Shown here: positions 58,320 to 64,000 of the stretch, one piece after another
Layout of the letters: each line of letters opens with the position of its first letter
How positions within the stretch are numbered: position 1 is the first letter of the stretch
Source: a virus
Lineage: Duplodnaviria > Caudoviricetes
DNA: 64,000 nucleotides
Virus record (IMG/VR): IMGVR_UViG_3300021957_000025
Location: 1,156-65,155 of that record
Strand: one strand, 5' to 3'
The notes under the pieces: model-generated
The model's database searches: none
The model's input: only the letters and a program-made list of their open reading frames with translations
What the model was told of the DNA's origin: nothing
Translations under genes and position numbers: made by a program

Positions 58320-59897
58320 TTAATTGCCAATTGGCAACTTTCTTTTAACTTTTAAAAAGTCCTCTAGATTATTTATGGTGGAATAATCCATCCCCTTTAC
58401 CCAAGGGCCCCCACGTGTATAGTGGATACCACTATAATCATACTTCTCTTCGTGGTTATCATACCCTTCTACAAAGATATAGTGTTCGGGTATAGGAGAA
58501 ATCTTGTCTGTCCATTCGAATTGATGTAATTGTTTTCCTGTCCATGTGTTAACAACTTCGGGGGTCAACTTCTTACAATCTTCATGTCCGTTATTGAACA
58601 CCATCATACTAGACCATAGCTTCTTTGGATAGTCGATGTTTACTTCACCATCAAACTTTGTATCATCATGTTTGTATTGTGGATACTTAATACATGCAAC
58701 AGCATCGTTTGGATTTAGATAGTAGAACATTGGTAGTATACTTTTCTTAAAGATAAAATCATCATCAATAAAGATACTAAATCCTTCGTAATTCTCTAAG
58801 TAAGGTATTAAGAATCTACTGTATGTAAATTCAGTACTTTGATTTGCATACTCTCTAGTATACTCGGGAATCTCAGCAATGTCAAGTATTTTAACTTCGG
58901 GTTCCCATCTGACTTGGTCATGCATCCATCCATTACCGAAACCGCTTTTGATAGTTTCTAACAATGCAAACTTAGAACACTTAGACAAATCTCCATGTCT
59001 GCTATCATGTCCAATATAGATTGTTAGGGGTTTACCTTTTGCAAGTTCATAAACTTGTTTGTTGAATTCATGCACTTCATCTCTAAAATCTAAGTCCATC
59101 AATGCAGTATTGTATTCAATGCAACCATCAACATATGTGAATGAGCAATGATATGCTTTATCTAATCTTTTTAACTTATTATACCACATTTCTAGAACTT
59201 GGTCTAGGCTTGAAGGTTCAACCTTTACAACATCATAATCATCTAAGACCATGATTTCCATATCATTATTGTTCAATTCTTCAAACACACCACTTCTAAT
59301 AGAGCCTGGGTGTATTCTAAATGTATATGTTGGTTCGGTATTTAATCCTGTGATTCCATTGTTTATAACATATCCTTGAATTGGAGCTCTAAGACCTTCC
59401 TCTTGAATACTTTGAATCAACCAATGTGCTTTTGCACCATGATAATACATTGATAGTAATGAACCTTCAGATTGCTGATTTCTATCCACACCTTCCCAAT
59501 CAATTAATGTATCTAAATTAACATAACCATCTGCATCTTTCATATCCATTCCAGCATGGCCAGGAATTGGTGTCCTAGGTTTCTCTGCATATCCTACTGG
59601 TAAGAATTTGTGATAAGTTACAGACTCGTTTTTTAAACCATTAAACCCACCAAACCTATTTTCCTTTCTAAGGTATTCAAAGTCTGACCACTTTGCAATT
59701 TTTACTGGTGGTAATATCTCATCAAATAACCATTCAAGAATTTTATATATTTCTGTGGTTTTATCAAAGCCTGGTTCTATATTAAACGCACCTAAATGGA
59801 AATTACCAATACTCTGTCTGTCCTTCATTGACATGGACTTAAAGTCTTGGGGTATTATATGTTCTTTTGCTTCTTCAAGGGTAGTAATTTTCTTCAT
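58320..59897 (-). CDS. two-domain protein: ParB/Srx-like N-terminus and GT-A glycosyltransferase
   Basis: LIQSIQEEGLRAPI..IHPGSIR; YIGHDSR, STEFTYSRFLIPYL, DDDF (DxD), WSSMMVFN and HYTRGGPW; start MKKIT after a terminator and late box. Confidence 0.85.
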   Translation of the reverse strand: MKKITTLEEAKEHIIPQDFKSMSMKDRQSIGNFHLGAFNIEPGFDKTTEIYKILEWLFDEILPPVKIAKWSDFEYLRKENRFGGFNGLKNESVTYHKFLPVGYAEKPRTPIPGHAGMDMKDADGYVNLDTLIDWEGVDRNQQSEGSLLSMYYHGAKAHWLIQSIQEEGLRAPIQGYVINNGITGLNTEPTYTFRIHPGSIRSGVFEELNNNDMEIMVLDDYDVVKVEPSSLDQVLEMWYNKLKRLDKAYHCSFTYVDGCIEYNTALMDLDFRDEVHEFNKQVYELAKGKPLTIYIGHDSRHGDLSKCSKFALLETIKSGFGNGWMHDQVRWEPEVKILDIAEIPEYTREYANQSTEFTYSRFLIPYLENYEGFSIFIDDDFIFKKSILPMFYYLNPNDAVACIKYPQYKHDDTKFDGEVNIDYPKKLWSSMMVFNNGHEDCKKLTPEVVNTWTGKQLHQFEWTDKISPIPEHYIFVEGYDNHEEKYDYSGIHYTRGGPWVKGMDYSTINNLEDFLKVKRKLPIGN

Positions 59898-59914
59898 ACA
59901 TGTATTTAGTGAGC

Positions 59915-59941
59915 AAAAAAAACCCCTCTTTCGAGGGGTTT
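59915..59941 (-). terminator. rho-independent terminator after the repeat proteins
   Basis: AAACCCCUC-GAAA-GAGGGG followed by U8; same stem as the gp23 terminator. Confidence 0.9.
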
Positions 59942-59961
59942 GTTCACTGTCGGGTAAGTTC

Positions 59962-61404
59962 CTATGATGTAATTGGGGTTGCAGGCCACTGTTGTGAACC
60001 AACTCCATCCCATCTTGCTTCGGGGGTTTGACCCTGTCTTGCATACGTGAATGGACTTCTATGTTGATACGTAAATGGAGTCTGACCAGTTCTTTGATAT
60101 GTGAACGGACTTCTATGTTGATACGTAAACGGTGTTCGACCCTGTCTTGCATACGTGAATGGAGACCTGTGCTGATAAGTGAACGGTGTTTGACCTGTTC
60201 TCTGATAAGTAAACGGAGTCTGTGCATTACGTATATTAGGTTCTTGAGCAGCTGCAATGTATGGATACGGTTGCTGTGCATCTCTAATATTAGGTTCTTG
60301 AGCATTCACTGGATTCTGATAAGTGAACGGTGACCTATGCTGATATGTAGCAGGTTGACGTGCATTACTAGGATTCTGATAAGTGAACGGACTTCTATAT
60401 TGATAAGTAAACGGAGTCTGAGCATTACGTATATTAGGCTCCTGTTGACTTCTAATATTAGGTTCTTGTGCATTTCTAATATTAGGTTCTTGAGCAGATA
60501 CAGGGTTCCTATATGTAAATGGAGACCTATGACTGTACGTAAACGGAGTCTGAGCATTACGTATATTAGGCTCCTGTTGACTTCTAATATTAGGTTCTTG
60601 TGCAGAACGTATATTAGGTTCTTGAGCAGATACAGGGTTCCTATATGTAAATGGAGACCTATGACTGTACGTAAACGGTGTTTGACTGTTTCTAATATTA
60701 GGTTCCTGTTGACTTCTAATATTAGGTTGTTGAGCAGCTCTAATGTTCGGTTCTTGTGCAGATACAGGGTTCCTATAAGTGAAAGGTGACCTGTGCTGAT
60801 AAGTGAACGGAGTCTGAGCATTACGTATATTAGGTTCCTGTTGACTTCTAATATTAGGTTGTTGTGCTGACCTTATGTTTGGTTCTTGTGCAGATACAGG
60901 GTTCCTGTAAGTGAACGGACTTCTATATTGATAAGTAAACGGTGCTTGATTACTTCTAATATTAGGTTCTTGCTGACTTCTAATATTAGGTTCTTGTGCC
61001 GAACGTATATTAGGTTCTTGTGCAGATACAGGGTTCCTGTACGTAAATGGTGACCTATGGTTATAAGTAAACGGAGACCTATGACTGTACGTAAATGGAC
61101 TCCTTGCATTATTAGGTTGTCTCGCAGACATAGGATGTCTGTAAGTAAACGGATTCTGAAACGTAAACGGTTGCTGAGCATTCGCTGGATATCTTGCACT
61201 ATATGTAAATGGTGCTTGGAACGTAAACGGTTGCTGTGCATTCGCGGGATATCTTGCACTATACGTAAATGGTGTCTGTACATTTGCAGCGTTAGGTTGC
61301 TGTCCATTCGCTGGATATCTTGCACTATAAGTGAAAGGATTTTGCGATGCCACAGATTGCTGTCTGTTAGCAGTGTATGGTTGTTGTCTGTTACCTATTG
61401 GCAT
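59962..61404 (-). CDS. Pro/Gln/Arg/Tyr repeat protein B (480 aa), probable virion fibre
   Basis: AGGAG SD; built from xxQEPNIR and xxxxPFTY octamers. Confidence 0.8.
   Translation of the reverse strand: MPIGNRQQPYTANRQQSVASQNPFTYSARYPANGQQPNAANVQTPFTYSARYPANAQQPFTFQAPFTYSARYPANAQQPFTFQNPFTYRHPMSARQPNNARSPFTYSHRSPFTYNHRSPFTYRNPVSAQEPNIRSAQEPNIRSQQEPNIRSNQAPFTYQYRSPFTYRNPVSAQEPNIRSAQQPNIRSQQEPNIRNAQTPFTYQHRSPFTYRNPVSAQEPNIRAAQQPNIRSQQEPNIRNSQTPFTYSHRSPFTYRNPVSAQEPNIRSAQEPNIRSQQEPNIRNAQTPFTYSHRSPFTYRNPVSAQEPNIRNAQEPNIRSQQEPNIRNAQTPFTYQYRSPFTYQNPSNARQPATYQHRSPFTYQNPVNAQEPNIRDAQQPYPYIAAAQEPNIRNAQTPFTYQRTGQTPFTYQHRSPFTYARQGRTPFTYQHRSPFTYQRTGQTPFTYQHRSPFTYARQGQTPEARWDGVGSQQWPATPITS
60379..61038 (-). 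repeat. five tandem 132-nt (44-aa) coding repeats
   Basis: RNPVSAQEPNIR-SAQEPNIR-SQQEPNIR-NAQTPFTY-xxRSPFTY x5. Confidence 0.9.
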
Positions 61405-61451
61405 CTGTAACTCCTGTTAATTTAGTATTATATCTTTTCATAGTCATCGGC

Positions 61452-63032
61452 TTATGGTTCACAGAAGTTACCCCCACCAAACGGACTTCCATACGAGAAG
61501 TAGTAGGTGAATGGGAATCTAGCGTTATACTGTTGTGGTGACTGTGAGATAACAGGTTGTCTAGCATTTGCAATATACGGTACTCTATAAGTGAACGGAC
61601 TCCTTGAATTGGATATTGAAGGTTGTCTTGCATTAGCAATGTAAGGTACTCTGTATGTAAATGGATTCCTTGCACTATTCGGTTGTCTTGCATTAGCAAT
61701 GTACGGCACTCTGTATGTAAATGGGTTCCTCGCATTATTCGGTTGTCTTGCATTACTTGGTTGTTGATAAGTAAATGGTGCTTGGAATGTAAACGGTTGT
61801 TGAGCATTCTTAATCGTAGGTTGCTGAGCATTCTTAATCGTAGGTTGCTGTGCAGATACAGGACTTCTATACGTAAATGGAGACCTATGACTGTACGTAT
61901 ATGGAGACCTATGACTATAAGTTAACGGACTTCTATGTTGGTACGTAGAAGGTTGCCTTGCACTACGTATGTTTGGCTCTTGAGCAGATACAGGACTTCT
62001 ATACGTAAATGGAGACCTATGTTGATACGTAAACGGAGACCTATGACTATATGTTAAAGGTGACCTATGCTGATATGTAGAAGGTTGACGTGCATCTCTA
62101 ATATTAGGTTCTTGTGCAGATACAGGACTTCTATAAGTGAACGGAGACCTATGTTGATAAGTAAACGGAGACCTGTGACTATATGTTAACGGTGACCTAT
62201 GTTGATACGTAGCAGGTTGTCTTGCATCACGTATATTAGGCTCTTGTCCATTCACTGGACTTCTATATGTAAATGGAGACCTATGACTGTACGTATATGG
62301 AGACCTGTGACTATATGTTAACGGTGACCTATGTTGATACGTAGAAGGTTGACGTGCATCTCTAATATTAGGTTCTTGAGCATTCACTGGACTTCTATAT
62401 GTAAATGGAGACCTATGACTGTACGTATATGGAGACCTATGATTATAAGTTAACGGACTTCTATGTTGATACGTAGAAGGTTGTCTTGCATCACGTATAT
62501 TAGGCTCTTGTCCATTCACTGGATTTCTATAAGTGAAAGGTGTTTGACTATTACGTATATTAGGTTCTTGTCCATTCACTGGGTTTCTATAAGTGAAAGG
62601 AGACCTATGTTGATACGTAAATGGTGTTTGTCCCTGTCTAGCATATGTAAAAGGACTTCTATGTTGATACGTAGAAGGTTGTCTTGCATTTGCTATATAA
62701 GGGTACGGTTGTTGTGCTGACCTTATGTTTGGTTCTTGTCCATTCGCTATATAAGGATACGGTTGTTGTGCATCTCTTATGTTTGGTTGTTGTGCATTTG
62801 CAATATAAGGATACGGTTGTTGTGCATCCCTTATGTTTGGTTGTTGTGCATTTGCAATATATGGATATGGAATTTGAGTTGCAGTCTGCCCTGATGCATT
62901 GTTCCATCCAGTAGGGGTTTTAATATAGATTTGGTCGACTGCTTTCCATGTGGAAGAACCAGTCTTTACCCATGCACCTTGGGTTGAATTCCAACCTGCT
63001 GGTGTTTTGACCTTTTGTGAACCTGTTGCCAT
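61452..63032 (-). CDS. Pro/Gln/Arg/Tyr repeat protein A (526 aa), probable virion fibre
   Basis: N-terminal VKTPAGW..WVKTGSSTWK..YIKTPTGW module seen in fibre proteins; late box upstream. Confidence 0.8.
   Translation of the reverse strand: MATGSQKVKTPAGWNSTQGAWVKTGSSTWKAVDQIYIKTPTGWNNASGQTATQIPYPYIANAQQPNIRDAQQPYPYIANAQQPNIRDAQQPYPYIANGQEPNIRSAQQPYPYIANARQPSTYQHRSPFTYARQGQTPFTYQHRSPFTYRNPVNGQEPNIRNSQTPFTYRNPVNGQEPNIRDARQPSTYQHRSPLTYNHRSPYTYSHRSPFTYRSPVNAQEPNIRDARQPSTYQHRSPLTYSHRSPYTYSHRSPFTYRSPVNGQEPNIRDARQPATYQHRSPLTYSHRSPFTYQHRSPFTYRSPVSAQEPNIRDARQPSTYQHRSPLTYSHRSPFTYQHRSPFTYRSPVSAQEPNIRSARQPSTYQHRSPLTYSHRSPYTYSHRSPFTYRSPVSAQQPTIKNAQQPTIKNAQQPFTFQAPFTYQQPSNARQPNNARNPFTYRVPYIANARQPNSARNPFTYRVPYIANARQPSISNSRSPFTYRVPYIANARQPVISQSPQQYNARFPFTYYFSYGSPFGGGNFCEP
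61869..62528 (-). repeat. five tandem 132-nt (44-aa) coding repeats
   Basis: R(S/N)PVxxQEPNIR-DARQPSTY-QHRSPLTY-SHRSPxTY-xHRSPFTY x5. Confidence 0.9.
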
Positions 63033-63083
63033 TTAATTATCCATTAATAATACTGTTATTTATTAGAATTCTAAACTCCTAGA

Positions 63084-64000
63084 TTAGGAGTAAAGAATCC
63101 ACATATCACCAACCGCTCCATCTGAACTCTGTGGAGCAGATGTTGATTGGTACATATTTCTTGCAGTTCCACCACTGTTAGATGCATTTGTTATTGTTAA
63201 TGCACCTGTGGATACCGCTGCTGGTGTCACTGTTAATGCACCAGTTGAAGAACCTGTTGCAGTAGTTGTTCCGAATGCAAAACTTGATGCACTATCGTCC
63301 CAACCCATAAACACGTTACTTTCATCACCTCTTTCAATGACAATACCTGCGTCTCCAGCTGGAGCCCCAGTTGTCCCTGTTCCCAACTCAATCAAAGAAT
63401 CTTCGATGGTTGTGTTAGTTGAACTTACTGTTGAAGTAGAACCATTAACTGTTAGGTTACCACTTAATGTTAAGTCTCCAAACGTTACGTTACTTGAAGT
63501 TGCAACTGGCTGACCAATACTGAATGCACCACCACTATATGATACACCAGTTCCAGCACTTAAATGAGCTCTTGTCTCAGATGCACTTGGCCCTGTGTAA
63601 GTTATTGCACCAGTTGAACTATTATATGAAAGTGAACCATCTCCACCACTGTCTGTTACTGATACTAGACCTCTTACTTCTGCATCTGTTCTTTCTGTAA
63701 ATGAGATTGCACCAGTTCCACTGTTGTATGATAAATCTCCACCAGCAGATAATAAACCTCTGATATTTGCATCTGAGTAACCAGCAAGTGTAAGTGTTCC
63801 AGCTGCATCATCATATGTAGAAGTGATGTTTGTTCCACCAACTACTAATCCGTTTACGATGTCTTCTACTTGTTCTGTAGATAGTTGAGTGTTAGTTGTT
63901 GTGACCGAACCACCCAATGCAACTGATTGACCATCAACTGTTATTGTGCTGTTTGATAATTTTGCGTTTGCAATAGAACCTGCTAACATGGCATTAGTAA
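63084..64000 (-). CDS. C-terminal part of a tail-fibre/virion structural protein (continues beyond the window)
   Basis: G/S/T-rich; LSYNSxTGAI repeats, GNLTVNG, DAGIVIERG, terminal SAPQSSDGAVGDMWI. Confidence 0.85.
   Translation of the reverse strand, partial: TNAMLAGSIANAKLSNSTITVDGQSVALGGSVTTTNTQLSTEQVEDIVNGLVVGGTNITSTYDDAAGTLTLAGYSDANIRGLLSAGGDLSYNSGTGAISFTERTDAEVRGLVSVTDSGGDGSLSYNSSTGAITYTGPSASETRAHLSAGTGVSYSGGAFSIGQPVATSSNVTFGDLTLSGNLTVNGSTSTVSSTNTTIEDSLIELGTGTTGAPAGDAGIVIERGDESNVFMGWDDSASSFAFGTTTATGSSTGALTVTPAAVSTGALTITNASNSGGTARNMYQSTSAPQSSDGAVGDMWILYS

Noticed and set aside
59898-60305. 136-aa N-terminal extension of the glycosyltransferase ORF
   Set aside because: It is an off-frame reading of repeat protein B and crosses a strong terminator. 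The real start is at 59897, after a late box.
60028-62914. Alternate-frame and antisense ORFs within the repeats, including 61391..61831 as a possible frameshift bridge between A and B
   Set aside because: Repeats propagate stop-free frames. The bridging ORF is in neither A's nor B's frame, and B has its own SD.
59962-63032. Tandem DNA repeats resembling a CRISPR array
   Set aside because: The repeats are in-frame coding units with synonymous variation, have no unique spacers, and no cas genes are present.
59962-63032. Repeat proteins as multi-core RiPP precursors
   Set aside because: There is no leader or protease-site pattern and no adjacent peptidase or exporter. The fibre-type N-terminus and position after a tail-fibre gene favour a structural role.
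398-63513. Many plus-strand ORFs of 60-180 aa
   Set aside because: They are antisense shadows of well-identified minus-strand genes and have no recognisable motifs.

Overview
This 64-kb window is an AT-rich segment of a marine T4-like myovirus genome (cyanophage/pelagimyophage-type gene set). Every credible gene is on the minus strand. In transcription order (high to low coordinates) it contains: the end of a tail-fibre gene; two mirror-image repeat proteins; a glycosyltransferase and 2OG-Fe(II) oxygenase cluster; the head/neck/tail/terminase module (gp13-gp23, gp3); uvsY/uvsW; five micropeptides; gp55/47/46; peptide deformylase; CobT/CobS-like genes; gp45/44/62/regA; a ~7-kb late operon (csgF, csgG, two curlin-like proteins, FecR protein, CHASE2 adenylate cyclase); hsp20 and a peroxiredoxin; a C5-methyltransferase, TET/JBP dioxygenase and P-loop kinase cassette; lysozyme, gp43, iscU, uvsX, gp41 and a large lipoprotein. 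The curli genes, iscU, sigma70 promoters and a ROSE-like element suggest a heterotrophic proteobacterial host (inference). Best leads: (1) the curli-FecR-cAMP operon; (2) the MTase-TET-kinase DNA hypermodification cassette; (3) two register-matched 5x44-aa repeat proteins next to hydroxylases and a glycosyltransferase; (4) systematic leaderless promoter-ATG geometry. All calls come from motif recognition by eye; no searches were run.
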